From Anaerohalosphaeraceae bacterium (GTDB lineage Bacteria > Planctomycetota > Phycisphaerae > Sedimentisphaerales > Anaerohalosphaeraceae), in NCBI GenBank assembly GCA_050309605.1, contig JBNRMN010000034.1, positions 64,001 through 128,000 of the forward strand: a stretch of 64,000 nucleotides of DNA. The letters are read 5' to 3'. Both the position numbers and the translations under genes were made by a program. The notes beneath the pieces are model-generated. The model did not search any database and was not told the origin of the DNA. It saw only the letters and a program-made list of their open reading frames with translations. Each line of letters begins with the position of its first letter. The first letter of the stretch is position 1. Positions 19,665 to 29,374 of the stretch are shown here, in pieces.

Positions 19665-19710
19665 AACATCGCAGGCAGGGACTGATTGATCGGACTACGA
19701 AAGGCGGCTT

Positions 19711-21111
19711 ATGGAAGCACAGATTCAGGCGCAGCTTCGGCAGATTCCTTCGGTGGATGCGGTGTTATCGCAGATTCAGGCACATCCGGCGGCCCGGCGT
19801 GTGGGTGCGGCGATGCGGACGCAACTGGTGCGCGAGGTGATTGAGACAATCCGCCGGCAGGTGCGGGACGGGACATTTTCAGCCGATGCCGATATGGCCG
19901 GGGCGGTGCGGGACCGGATCGAGCGGCGACTGGAAGCGGTGGCGGGGGTGTTTTATCGACGGGTGGTCAATGCGGCCGGGATCATTCTGCACACCGGACT
20001 GGGACGGGCGCCGCTGGCGGGTGAGGTCCTGGAGCAGATCAGCTGGCAGTTGGGCGGGTATTCGCTGTTGCAGGTGGATGTCGAGGCGGGCAAGCGGTCC
20101 TCGCGAGATGGACGGATTGAAGACTTGCTCAAACTGCTGACCGGCGCCGAAGCGGCGACCGTGGTGAATAATAACGCCGCGGCCACGGCGCTGGTGCTGA
20201 ACACCATTGCCGCAGGCAAAGAGGTCATCGTGTCGCGCGGACAGCTCGTCGAGATCGGCGGGGCGTTTCGCCTGCCGGACGTGATGGCCTTTAGCGGGGC
20301 CAGGCTGGTCGAGGTGGGTACCACCAACAAGACGCACCTGCGGGATTATGAGAATGCGATTACCGAAAACACCGCCGCGATTTTGCGGGTGCATCCGAGC
20401 AATTATAAGATTACGGGTTTTACGAGCGAAGTGCCGCTGGAGGAGATGGTCAAGCTGGCCCACGCCAACGGCCTTTTGCTGTTTGATGATGTCGGGGCCG
20501 GGTCGCTGATTGATTTTTCGCGATTTGGATTTGAAAAAGAGCCGACGTTGATGGAATCGGTCGCCGCCGGGGCCGATGTGATTACCTCCAGCGGCGACAA
20601 ACTCATCGGGGCCTCTCAGGCGGGGATCGTCCTTGGCCGTGCCGAAATCATCCAGAAGGTGCGCAAAAATCAATTTGCGCGGATCGTGCGGGTCGATAAG
20701 TTTACGCTGGCGGCGTTGGAGGCGACGCTGAAATTGTTTCTGGATGAGGCGGCGGTGTTGGAAAAGGTGCCCGCCTTGCGGCTGATGCTGCGTTCGGCGG
20801 AGGAGATTCAGCGGCAGGCCGAGCGCATCTGCGAACGGGTGCAGAGGGCCTGCCCTGATGCGTGCGTCTCACTGCTGCCGGGCCAGTCGCAAATCGGAAG
20901 CGGCTCACTGCCCGGACAAAACCTGCCGACGACCCTGGTGGCAATTGCGTCGCCGCATCAATCCGCTGCGGCACTGGCCGACACGCTGCGGGGCGCTGCG
21001 ACGCCGGTCTTTACGCGCATCGGCGATGATCGTGTGCTGATTGACCCGCGCACGCTGCTGGACGGCGATGAGGCGATTTTGATTGAGACGCTGGTTGAAA
21101 TTCTGCATTAA
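19711..21111 (+). CDS. selA: L-seryl-tRNA(Sec) selenium transferase
   Basis: VVNA.G.ILHT.LGRAPL, VNNNAAA, SRGQLVEIGG.FR.PDVM, EVGTTN.TH and SGDKL.G (PLP Lys). Confidence 0.97.
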   Translation: MEAQIQAQLRQIPSVDAVLSQIQAHPAARRVGAAMRTQLVREVIETIRRQVRDGTFSADADMAGAVRDRIERRLEAVAGVFYRRVVNAAGIILHTGLGRAPLAGEVLEQISWQLGGYSLLQVDVEAGKRSSRDGRIEDLLKLLTGAEAATVVNNNAAATALVLNTIAAGKEVIVSRGQLVEIGGAFRLPDVMAFSGARLVEVGTTNKTHLRDYENAITENTAAILRVHPSNYKITGFTSEVPLEEMVKLAHANGLLLFDDVGAGSLIDFSRFGFEKEPTLMESVAAGADVITSSGDKLIGASQAGIVLGRAEIIQKVRKNQFARIVRVDKFTLAALEATLKLFLDEAAVLEKVPALRLMLRSAEEIQRQAERICERVQRACPDACVSLLPGQSQIGSGSLPGQNLPTTLVAIASPHQSAAALADTLRGAATPVFTRIGDDRVLIDPRTLLDGDEAILIETLVEILH

Positions 21112-21148
21112 AACAAACCATGAAGATCGTTTCAAGACATTATGCTCC

Positions 21149-21176
21149 GAACTAAGAACTACGAACTAAAAACTCC
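21149..21176 (+). repeat. Four imperfect heptamer repeats (GAACTAA GAACTAC GAACTAA AAACTCC)
   Basis: Read directly in the selA-selB spacer. Confidence 0.6.
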
Positions 21177-21181
21177 GAATT

Positions 21182-23089
21182 ATGACCCAAATCAACATCA
21201 CTCTCGGCACCGCCGGGCATATTGACCACGGCAAGACGGCGTTGATCCGCTTGCTGACCGGCTGTGAGACCGACCGGCTCAAGGTCGAAAAACAGCGTGG
21301 CATGAGCATTGAGCTGGGCTTTGCCCCGTGTCTGCTGGGGGATAGGGAGGTGGGGATCGTCGATGTCCCCGGACACGAACATTTCATCAAGACGATGGTC
21401 GCCGGCGCCGCGGGCATTGACGGAGTGCTGTTTGTCGTGGCCGCCGATGACGGGATTATGCCTCAGACGCGCGAGCATCTGGAGATTTTGACCCTGCTGG
21501 GCGTGCGGCACGGCCTGACCGTCCTGACCAAGATCGATCGTGTTTCGGAGGAGCGCGTCGAGGCAGCGATCGATGAACTCCGAACGTTTTTGTGCGGCAC
21601 GTTTTTGCATGATGCCCCGATTTGCCCGATGTCCAGCATCACCGGGCAGGGATTCGACGGATTCTATACGGCGTTGAAAGATGTGGTCGCTTCCATATGC
21701 CCCAAAAGCATTGACGGGGTGTTTCGTCTGCCGGTGGAACGGGCGTTTTCGGTCAAGGGCTTCGGCACAGTGCTCAGCGGCATCCCCGCCGCCGGTTCGG
21801 CACAGATCGGCCAGGAAGTCGTCCTGCTGCCGAGCGGACAAACCGGACGCATCAAGGCGATACAGGTTTACGGCAAGCCGTCCGAATACGTGCGAAGCGG
21901 CCAGTGTGCGGCGCTGAATATCCCGCAGATGGATTATCGTACTATCCGACGGGGCGACGTGTTGACGGTAGAGGGGTATTTTTCTCCGACGCAGTGGTTT
22001 TTGTGTGCCGCCGCGGTGCTGCCCGGTCAGTCGCTGCCTGTTAAAAACGGTGCTGAGATGAGGTTCCACACCGGCACGGCGGATGTTGCGGCCAATGTTT
22101 ATCGTGTTGAGCGAGACGAGTACTTTGCCGACGGCGACTTCCTGCTTCAGATTCGTGCGCATACGCCGCTTGTGGCCGCCCCCGGCGACCGGTTTATCCT
22201 GCGGTCGCTGTCGCCGATGCGTACCGTCGGCGGGGGGCGCATCCTTCAGGCGATGTCATCGCGTCTTCGGTATGCTCACGGGCGGGGGCCGGCCTATGCC
22301 AAAGCACTGGCCGAGGCGCAGCGGAATGAAACGGCATTTGTCGCTTTTGCGGTGGAATCGGCGGCGTCCGGCGTCGCACGGCTTGATGATCTCACGTCGT
22401 TTACCAAGCAGAAGCCTGAGCGGGTGCGGCGGCTGCTGGCGGATTTGCTGCAGACACAAACCGTTGTCGCTTTGTCCGGCGATGTGTATATCCACGCCCG
22501 AAAACTGTCGGTGATGTGCCGGCACATCACCGAAACGCTTGAGCAGTTTCACGCCGACCATCCCGAACGGCCGGGCATGGATGCGGAAGCTTTAGCCGAG
22601 CGGCTTGAACTGGGCAAAGGCGTTTTTGATGCCCTGCTGGAAGTTGCCCTGAAACAAGGGACGGTCGTGCGGCGTCTGGATCGGCTGGCACTGCCGTCGC
22701 ACACCGAAACCTGCAATCCGGCTCTGGCAAAACGGCTCCGGCAAATCGAAACAGCGTTCCTGAAAAACCTGTTTGCTCCTCCCGGCCTCAATGAACTGAC
22801 GGCCGAGTCCGGCCTGACCCCATCACAAATCCGGGAGGCCATTACGATTTTGATCGAACAGAAAAAACTATTTTATGTGGACCGAACGATGGTATTCCAC
22901 GCCGAGGCCGTAAAGCAGGCCAAACGCCGTATTGCCGAGCATATTCAGGGCCAAGGGCGGGGCCGTCTGGAAAGCGTCGCATTCAAATACTTGATTGATA
23001 CGACCCGAAAATACGCCATTCCGCTGCTGGATTATATGGACAAAATCGGCTTTACCCGTCGGGTCGGCAATACACGTTACTTGAAATAA
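21182..23089 (+). CDS. selB: Selenocysteine-specific elongation factor
   Basis: GTAGHIDHGKT, RGMSIELGF, DVPGHEHF and TKID; C-terminal winged helix TRKYAIPLLDY (SECIS binding). Confidence 0.97.
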   Translation: MTQINITLGTAGHIDHGKTALIRLLTGCETDRLKVEKQRGMSIELGFAPCLLGDREVGIVDVPGHEHFIKTMVAGAAGIDGVLFVVAADDGIMPQTREHLEILTLLGVRHGLTVLTKIDRVSEERVEAAIDELRTFLCGTFLHDAPICPMSSITGQGFDGFYTALKDVVASICPKSIDGVFRLPVERAFSVKGFGTVLSGIPAAGSAQIGQEVVLLPSGQTGRIKAIQVYGKPSEYVRSGQCAALNIPQMDYRTIRRGDVLTVEGYFSPTQWFLCAAAVLPGQSLPVKNGAEMRFHTGTADVAANVYRVERDEYFADGDFLLQIRAHTPLVAAPGDRFILRSLSPMRTVGGGRILQAMSSRLRYAHGRGPAYAKALAEAQRNETAFVAFAVESAASGVARLDDLTSFTKQKPERVRRLLADLLQTQTVVALSGDVYIHARKLSVMCRHITETLEQFHADHPERPGMDAEALAERLELGKGVFDALLEVALKQGTVVRRLDRLALPSHTETCNPALAKRLRQIETAFLKNLFAPPGLNELTAESGLTPSQIREAITILIEQKKLFYVDRTMVFHAEAVKQAKRRIAEHIQGQGRGRLESVAFKYLIDTTRKYAIPLLDYMDKIGFTRRVGNTRYLK

Positions 23090-23141
23090 GTCTGCTTGAA
23101 TCCATCGGCAAAAAAGGATATATTGGTCAAGAGAGGTGTTT

Positions 23142-23402
23142 ATGCGATACGGTGCAATTTCTGCCAAACTGTTGGCGCTGGGGGTGGGCAGTTTCGTCGT
23201 GCTGGTGGTTCTTCAGCCGGGGTGAGGCAATCCCTTTGGAGTGCTTGGAGCACTCCTGATGATGGTTAGTATGCCGCTGGCGCTGGTCTTCGGCGTTATC
23301 GGCGTGTTTCTGGACAAACCCCGCTGGCCGGCGATCATTGCCGCGCTGATTGCATTGCTCTTGCTGTTGCCGGTCGTGATGAACCTGGCCGGCTGGTGCT
23401 AA
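23142..23402 (+). CDS. Putative small three-TM membrane selenoprotein, 86 aa, U28 and C-terminal C86 (absent from the ORF track)
   Basis: GAGGTG RBS. MRYGAISAKLLALGVGSFVVLVVLQPG-U-GNPFGVLGALLMMVSMPLALVFGVIGVFLDKPRWPAIIAALIALLLLLPVVMNLAGWC*. TGA at 23223-23225; membrane-protein composition continues across the UGA; SECIS-like hairpin; immediately after selB. Confidence 0.8.
23238..23256 (+). promoter_or_regulatory. Bacterial SECIS-like hairpin
   Basis: GGAGUGCU-UGG-AGCACUCC, a perfect 8-bp stem 12 nt after the UGA. Confidence 0.78.
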
Positions 23403-23404
23403 GG

Positions 23405-25996
23405 TCAACGGCTTTCAAAGGTGCGCCCGCCGGAGCCGACCGATTCAATGACCCACCAGCCGTCCGATTGGACGGCCTCAGTCGGTTTGCCGTTCATCAG
23501 CACGGCCGGGCGGTCGCTGTGCTGAACGGGCAGATATACCTCTGCGGTCATATTGGCCGGCAGGGTGATGTCCAGTTCAAAGGTCCCCGCCGTATCGCGA
23601 AAGGCCGCCTCGATAGTCCCCCGAATCGTCGGAAGCCTGAGCTGTGCCCATTCCAGCCCGCCGGTTTGCGGACGGATGCGAATGCGACCGTAACCGGCCT
23701 CGATCGGTTCAATGCCGAACAGTCGGCGGGGGATGATATTGAGCGGGGCACTGGCCCATGGGTGGGCATAGCTCATATTGGGCTTGCCGGACGGATCCCA
23801 TGACTCAGTGGTGATAGTCGCGCCGAGGTGATGGATCATATGATGCCAGGAATGTTTCTCGGTCGAGGTCATCAGTGCCAGCGCCGCATCACCGCGGTCG
23901 GCGTTATACAGCGCATCGAGCAGGTATTGCGCCCCATACACGCTGCAAACCATTCCTTTCTCGATCAGAAACTGAGCCACTAACTTTTTGCGTTCCGGCG
24001 GCGTGACCGTCAGCGCCAGCGGAAAGAAGTTCGCATGAGCAGCGCTGTGGGCGCTGTCGCGTCCGTCGCGATAGATACCGGATTGTGCATCGAACAGATG
24101 GGTGTTTATTGCATTTTTGACCTGCTCGGCTGCGGCGGCGTAACGAGTTGGGTCGTTGGTTTTATCCAATACGCCGGCGATGCGGCTGAGCAGCTCCACG
24201 GCCTTATAATGAAAGGCATTCGTTACGGTGTTGATCGGCGTAAATTCATAGCCGTCGCGATAATACGCCGGCCAATCCACCAGCACGCGGTCGTTGTCGC
24301 TGTCGTGTTTTTCGACCAGTCCCTGTTCATTGACAAAATCGCACAGCGTTTTGGTCGTCAGGATATCATAGTGTCGGCGAATGGATTTTGCGTCGCCGGT
24401 GGCCATATAATCGGCCCAGGCCATCAGCAGGCAGGTTTGCTTGTACTCGGTCGGCCAGGTCGGGCGATGATACAGGTATTCGTTGGTATAACGGGCAAAC
24501 GCATATTCACGATCCGCCGCGTAATGGGAGAGCATATTGATGTAGGCGTCGCCCTCATACGGGCCGCGCTCGCGTGTCGGACAGTCCTGATACAGGTCGA
24601 TGTTGGTCGCCTTGATGCTGTAATGGCATAAGTCCCAGACTTCATTCAGGATGGTACTGGAACTGTCAAAGGCCGCCGCGTCCTGATCAAACGGATACTC
24701 AAGCGTCACAGTGCTCAGCACGAAGTCATCCGTCGGCAGGTTCAGCAGCTCGCCGTAGCGAAACCCGCGATAGCCGAAGTTCTCGATCACTTGCAGCCCG
24801 TCGCGCAGCGTCCATTTCTCGGCATAGGTAACGCCCGTGCGGGCTTGGTGACGAACGGTCTTATCGCCGTCCAGCTCTTCGCCGAGGCGTACTTCGATCT
24901 GTCGTCCGTTCGTGCCTTCAATGGACAGACGCACACACCCGACAATCTCCCTACCAAAATCAAAGAAATAATGCCCTTCGCTTTTTTTGTGCATCAGGAC
25001 GGGCTTGACCTCTTCCATTTGCACATTGCGAATCGGCTGAGCAACCAGTCGCTCGGCATAATGCGGTACGGTGCGCACCGAACGCCAGCCGCTGTCGTCA
25101 AAGTCGGTCCTCAGCCAGCCGTGCGGTTCATTGCGGGCGTCGATATGTTCCGGGCCGGCCTCGTAATACCAAAAAAACTTCGGCCCCATATTATAATAAG
25201 GATCGGCGTTGATCCCCCGCCACGTATCGTCTGTGCCGAATGTGCCGACGGCGTCGTCTTTGTAGAAGACTTTGATCTCGGCGATAAAATCTTTGGCGCG
25301 ACCATTGGAAAAACAGATGGCCCCCAGCACATGACTCGTTCCGGCGGTCAAATGCTCAGTGATATCGAAAACGTTGTAGGGCACCTTGCCGTCGTAGCCT
25401 CGCGCCGGCCCAATGCCGATGGGTGTGTCGTTGACATAGAATTTGAAGACATACTGGCGCGACGGATGGGTATCGCGCCCGCTGACAAATGCGAACGCCT
25501 TCTCGATGGGTTTGTCAGGCAGTTCTATCGTATCGCGCAGGAACACATATTTATTTTCTGCCGCTGCCCAGATCGGACGGGCGGACCAGGTGTCTTTCAG
25601 TGCCGTGACGAACAATTGCGGCTCGGCATACGGCCCCGGCTGGTTTCTGTTGTTCCAGGTCCGAACCGTCCACCGGTACATCCGCCCGGGTTGCAGTTCC
25701 GGCCCGGCATACGGCACGGCAATCGACCGCGGCGAAGCGACTTTGCCGGAATCCCACACCAGCGTCCGCTTGCTGCTGAGGCCGGTATAGACCTGAATCT
25801 GATAAGCCGTCTGCACGGCGTCAGGCTGCGGGTCGTTGACAATCCAGGAAAACGCCGGCGTAAAATCCTCAATTCCCAGCGGCTCGGGGTTTAAGTCACA
25901 CAGCAAACCCGTCGGTTGTTGCGGCGGTCTGGCACACCCGCAGGCCGCCAACAGCGTACCGGCCAAGAGAACCTTACAGCAGTGTCTTAAGTTCAT
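23405..25996 (-). CDS. Alpha-L-rhamnosidase (GH78), probable lipoprotein
   Basis: P.FSW..Q.AYQI..WDSGKV, DFG.E..G, YRGFRY, DCPTRER..Y.GD, ATITTESW and SYAHPW; lipobox LAAC. Start is 25996 or 26008. Confidence 0.92.
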   Translation of the reverse strand: MNLRHCCKVLLAGTLLAACGCARPPQQPTGLLCDLNPEPLGIEDFTPAFSWIVNDPQPDAVQTAYQIQVYTGLSSKRTLVWDSGKVASPRSIAVPYAGPELQPGRMYRWTVRTWNNRNQPGPYAEPQLFVTALKDTWSARPIWAAAENKYVFLRDTIELPDKPIEKAFAFVSGRDTHPSRQYVFKFYVNDTPIGIGPARGYDGKVPYNVFDITEHLTAGTSHVLGAICFSNGRAKDFIAEIKVFYKDDAVGTFGTDDTWRGINADPYYNMGPKFFWYYEAGPEHIDARNEPHGWLRTDFDDSGWRSVRTVPHYAERLVAQPIRNVQMEEVKPVLMHKKSEGHYFFDFGREIVGCVRLSIEGTNGRQIEVRLGEELDGDKTVRHQARTGVTYAEKWTLRDGLQVIENFGYRGFRYGELLNLPTDDFVLSTVTLEYPFDQDAAAFDSSSTILNEVWDLCHYSIKATNIDLYQDCPTRERGPYEGDAYINMLSHYAADREYAFARYTNEYLYHRPTWPTEYKQTCLLMAWADYMATGDAKSIRRHYDILTTKTLCDFVNEQGLVEKHDSDNDRVLVDWPAYYRDGYEFTPINTVTNAFHYKAVELLSRIAGVLDKTNDPTRYAAAAEQVKNAINTHLFDAQSGIYRDGRDSAHSAAHANFFPLALTVTPPERKKLVAQFLIEKGMVCSVYGAQYLLDALYNADRGDAALALMTSTEKHSWHHMIHHLGATITTESWDPSGKPNMSYAHPWASAPLNIIPRRLFGIEPIEAGYGRIRIRPQTGGLEWAQLRLPTIRGTIEAAFRDTAGTFELDITLPANMTAEVYLPVQHSDRPAVLMNGKPTEAVQSDGWWVIESVGSGGRTFESR

Positions 25997-26406
25997 AAAA
26001 AACCTCATTGTACATCTTTAATCGTAAGTCTTGATTGCTTTCAGAGTATAACGCAAAAATCCTGTGGTGTCCAATGACTCGCACGCACCGCCGGTTCTTT
26101 TCAAAAAGTCCAAACGGATACCGCCGATACCGCGTCAGCCGGACTGGGAGGTGGAATCTGATTATGGGACGATGTTAAAAAAGTTTTGTTGCACAGCGGC
26201 CCCAAAGGGCTTGTGGATGGATCTTTTATCGGAAGTAAGTTGGCTTATGTCTTTTTTATACAGCAACTTGTATATTTTTTCGAAAAGTGTATCACGGTTG
26301 TTGATATGTTTAAGTTAGCCCGAAGACCGGTTTGACCGATACAACGGCGTAACGTAATTTTTACGAAGGGAAAGGTCTCGCAAGCGTGTCTTGAAAGTCG
26401 ATAACA

Positions 26407-27765
26407 ATGAGCCGAATGAACTGGACAATTCTGGCATTGATGCTGATGATCCCCGGTGCAGTGGGTCTGGGGTGGGGGACGATGCAAAATCGCCAAGCCG
26501 CCCGGCGGATCGTTCAAGCCGCCGGGACGATTGAGCAGGCCCCTTCAGCCGACGAATATCTTGCTATGTATGCCCAGTGGTCACAGCTGTCGCCTGCGGA
26601 GAAAGCTGAAAACCCTTGGGGGCAGGGTCCATACGGCGGAGCCGACATACAAAAGCGGCTGCGAGAACATCAGCAGCCGCGTCTTGAGGCGGATTTGCCC
26701 GATCTTGACGCGGGACTGAAGACATACCCGCCCCAGCTTGCCGATGTGTTATACGGTCCGGGCTGGGAGCAGCGGCTGGCCGATTTCCAGCGCGCGCGTG
26801 AAATACGCAATCTGGTGACGACCGCATCAGGGATTTTGTTGTTTGCGGGGGGGTTGCTGTTTTGCGGCGGACTGGTCCGATATGCGGTCGTACGAGTTCT
26901 GTATAAAGAGCAAACCGAGCAGATGTCAGAGGAAATCCAGGCATTTGAGGATACCGAGATGAACAATAAGGGCGTCAAAGAACCCGCCGGCAAGGGGTCG
27001 GATCGTCCATCCGCTTCGGCCATGGCGCAAACGCCGGACGCTCCGGTCAAACCCGCCGTGAAGTCCGCTGATAGCTGCGGCTATTTTGAATCCACGGAGA
27101 ACCATCAAAAACAGGCCGTGAAGTCCGCTATGTCCACACCGATGCCTGCTGCCCAACCTTCGGGCGACTTCGCGGCGTCGGTGTCTCTGGTTGATTCGTC
27201 TTCGGCGCCGCAGAGCCGGTCGTATTTTGGCTGGGAAATGGATACCCAGGAAGAGGATCCGGCGATCTCGACGCTGATGACGACACACCCCGTTACTCAT
27301 GAACTGACGGAGTTGACCGAAGAAGTCTCGGCCATTCGTCAATACGCCGCCGCTCAGCAGGATCAAATCCGTAAGTTCCAGGATGGGTATGACTGGATGA
27401 TCATCCGTCGGTTTTGTATGCGGATCATTCGCTGTATTGACAATCTGGACGACCGGCTGGCCAAACTTGACCCGGAAGAACAAACCCTGCAAGGCTGTCT
27501 GGAAGACATTCGGGATGAATTGATTTTTGCGCTGGAGTCCAGCGGTGTTGAGCAGTTCAGTCCCGATGTGAAGACGCCTTTCAAAGGGCTTGAAAAATAC
27601 GTCGAGGCAGTGCATCAGCGGGTTCCTGTTTCGAATGCGGATTGGGCGGGAACCATTGCCGAGATTGTTCGCCCCGGCTATCAATATCTGATCAACGATG
27701 ACGAGGTAAAAATTGTGCGTTGTGCACAGGTCAAACTGTACGACGCAGCGGAAACTGAAGCATAA
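26407..27765 (+). CDS. Membrane-anchored GrpE-like nucleotide exchange factor
   Basis: C-terminal coiled coil, 'IDNLDDRL', 'LESSGVEQF.P' and 'I.EIVRPGY...VR.AQVKL' (GrpE head); two N-terminal hydrophobic segments; upstream of Hsp70. Confidence 0.75.
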   Translation: MSRMNWTILALMLMIPGAVGLGWGTMQNRQAARRIVQAAGTIEQAPSADEYLAMYAQWSQLSPAEKAENPWGQGPYGGADIQKRLREHQQPRLEADLPDLDAGLKTYPPQLADVLYGPGWEQRLADFQRAREIRNLVTTASGILLFAGGLLFCGGLVRYAVVRVLYKEQTEQMSEEIQAFEDTEMNNKGVKEPAGKGSDRPSASAMAQTPDAPVKPAVKSADSCGYFESTENHQKQAVKSAMSTPMPAAQPSGDFAASVSLVDSSSAPQSRSYFGWEMDTQEEDPAISTLMTTHPVTHELTELTEEVSAIRQYAAAQQDQIRKFQDGYDWMIIRRFCMRIIRCIDNLDDRLAKLDPEEQTLQGCLEDIRDELIFALESSGVEQFSPDVKTPFKGLEKYVEAVHQRVPVSNADWAGTIAEIVRPGYQYLINDDEVKIVRCAQVKLYDAAETEA

Positions 27766-27776
27766 AGGAAACAGCC

Positions 27777-29327
27777 ATGGGAACGATTGCAGGAATCGAC
27801 TTGGGAACAACATTTTCAGCATTGGCCCGATTGAATGAGATCGGTCGGCCGCAGATTGTCCCCAACAGTGAAGGCGAGCGCATTACGCCCTCGGCGGTGT
27901 ATTTTGATGACGAAGAGGCCGGCGCCATTCGTGTCGGTCTGGAAGCGTTGAATTGCCGTCAGCTCAATCCTGAACGCACTGTTCGTTGGGTCAAGCGGTA
28001 TATGGGCGATTCGAACTGGAAAAAGAGCATCGACGGGCGCGAGTGGACGCCTCAGGAAATTTCCAGTCTGATTCTCAAGAAACTTTGTCAGGACGGCGCA
28101 ATTGAAAACGGTCCGATTCAGGATGTGGTAATTTCCGTGCCTGCGCATTTTGACGAGGTACGTCGCAAGGCCACCATGGACGCCGGAACGCTGGCCGGGC
28201 TGAATGTGATCGGCATTGTCAATGAGCCGGTGGCCGCAGCGCTCTATTACGCCACCACGCAGACTGTCAACGGGCGCGTGCTGGTCTATGACCTCGGCGG
28301 CGGGACCTTTGACGTGACCGTTCTCGATATTGACGGGCGGGATATGAATATTGTGTGCAGTCAGGGCGACCATGCCCTGGGCGGCGTGGATTTTGACCGC
28401 AAGCTGCTGGAGGTGTTCGAGCAGTTATACCGGGAGGAATACCATACCGACTTGATTCAGTCCGAGCAGGATCGCGCGCGGTATGAAGATGAAGCCGAAG
28501 ATGTGAAAAAGACACTGTCGCGGCGTCCGACGGCCCGCCGCATTTTGTACGGACCGGCCGGCAGCCTGCGGATTGAAATCACCCGCGAACAGTTCGAAAA
28601 AGCCATTGAGCCGCTTATTTCACGAACCGAGATTTTGATTGAAGTGGCGTTGGAAGAGGCCAAATCCAAGGTCGGCCAGATCAATCAGGTGCTGTTGGTC
28701 GGCGGCAGTACGCGGATGCCCGTGGTGCACAAACGGCTGACTGAAAAATTCGGCTTTGCCCCGGAAAATGCCGTCAATGTCGATGAATGTGTCGCGCTGG
28801 GAGCGGCCATTCATGCGGGACTGACGCTGCTGCGCGATGAGCCGAGCAAGGTTTCGGCGGGAATAACGGCGGGGCTGCGCGATGTCAAACTCAAAGATGT
28901 CTGCAATCACAGTTACGGAACGATTTGTGCCCCGATGGACGAAGAAACCGGACGTCCGACCATTCGCAACACGATTCTTTTGAAAAAGAACACGCCGCTG
29001 CCCTGTGAGGCGACGCAGACGTTTTATACCATGGCCGAAGGCCAAACCGAGCTTCAGATCATTGTTACGCAGGGCGAAGATGAGGACCCTGAATTTGTCA
29101 ATCGGATTGCGACGGAAATCTTCGAACTGCCGCCGGATCGACCGGCCAATCGCCCGATTCGCGTGCGGTACAGTTATGATGTCAACCAGCGGATGCACTG
29201 TACCTTTCTGGATGAAGATTCCGGTCGGTCTCTTGAGGTCGAATTTTGCGTCGGCGAGAAAGGACGAATGAAGCGGGCCAATGTGGAACAGACCGCCGAA
29301 GAATTGAATACCTATAAGGTGCAGTAA
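27777..29327 (+). CDS. Hsp70-family protein (non-canonical DnaK paralog lacking the lid)
   Basis: GIDLGTT, VISVPAHF, NEPVAAA, DLGGGTFD and VGGSTRMP; ends shortly after SBD-beta (516 aa). Confidence 0.93.
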   Translation: MGTIAGIDLGTTFSALARLNEIGRPQIVPNSEGERITPSAVYFDDEEAGAIRVGLEALNCRQLNPERTVRWVKRYMGDSNWKKSIDGREWTPQEISSLILKKLCQDGAIENGPIQDVVISVPAHFDEVRRKATMDAGTLAGLNVIGIVNEPVAAALYYATTQTVNGRVLVYDLGGGTFDVTVLDIDGRDMNIVCSQGDHALGGVDFDRKLLEVFEQLYREEYHTDLIQSEQDRARYEDEAEDVKKTLSRRPTARRILYGPAGSLRIEITREQFEKAIEPLISRTEILIEVALEEAKSKVGQINQVLLVGGSTRMPVVHKRLTEKFGFAPENAVNVDECVALGAAIHAGLTLLRDEPSKVSAGITAGLRDVKLKDVCNHSYGTICAPMDEETGRPTIRNTILLKKNTPLPCEATQTFYTMAEGQTELQIIVTQGEDEDPEFVNRIATEIFELPPDRPANRPIRVRYSYDVNQRMHCTFLDEDSGRSLEVEFCVGEKGRMKRANVEQTAEELNTYKVQ

Positions 29328-29374
29328 CAATTGATTGTTGGTAAATTGACTGAGATCAAAAAGGACAAGGCGTT

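Noticed and set aside
23127..23408. Minus-strand 93-aa ORF after selB
   Set aside because: Its Q/H/N-rich composition is typical of the antisense of a hydrophobic gene. The plus-strand ORF has the RBS and the hairpin.
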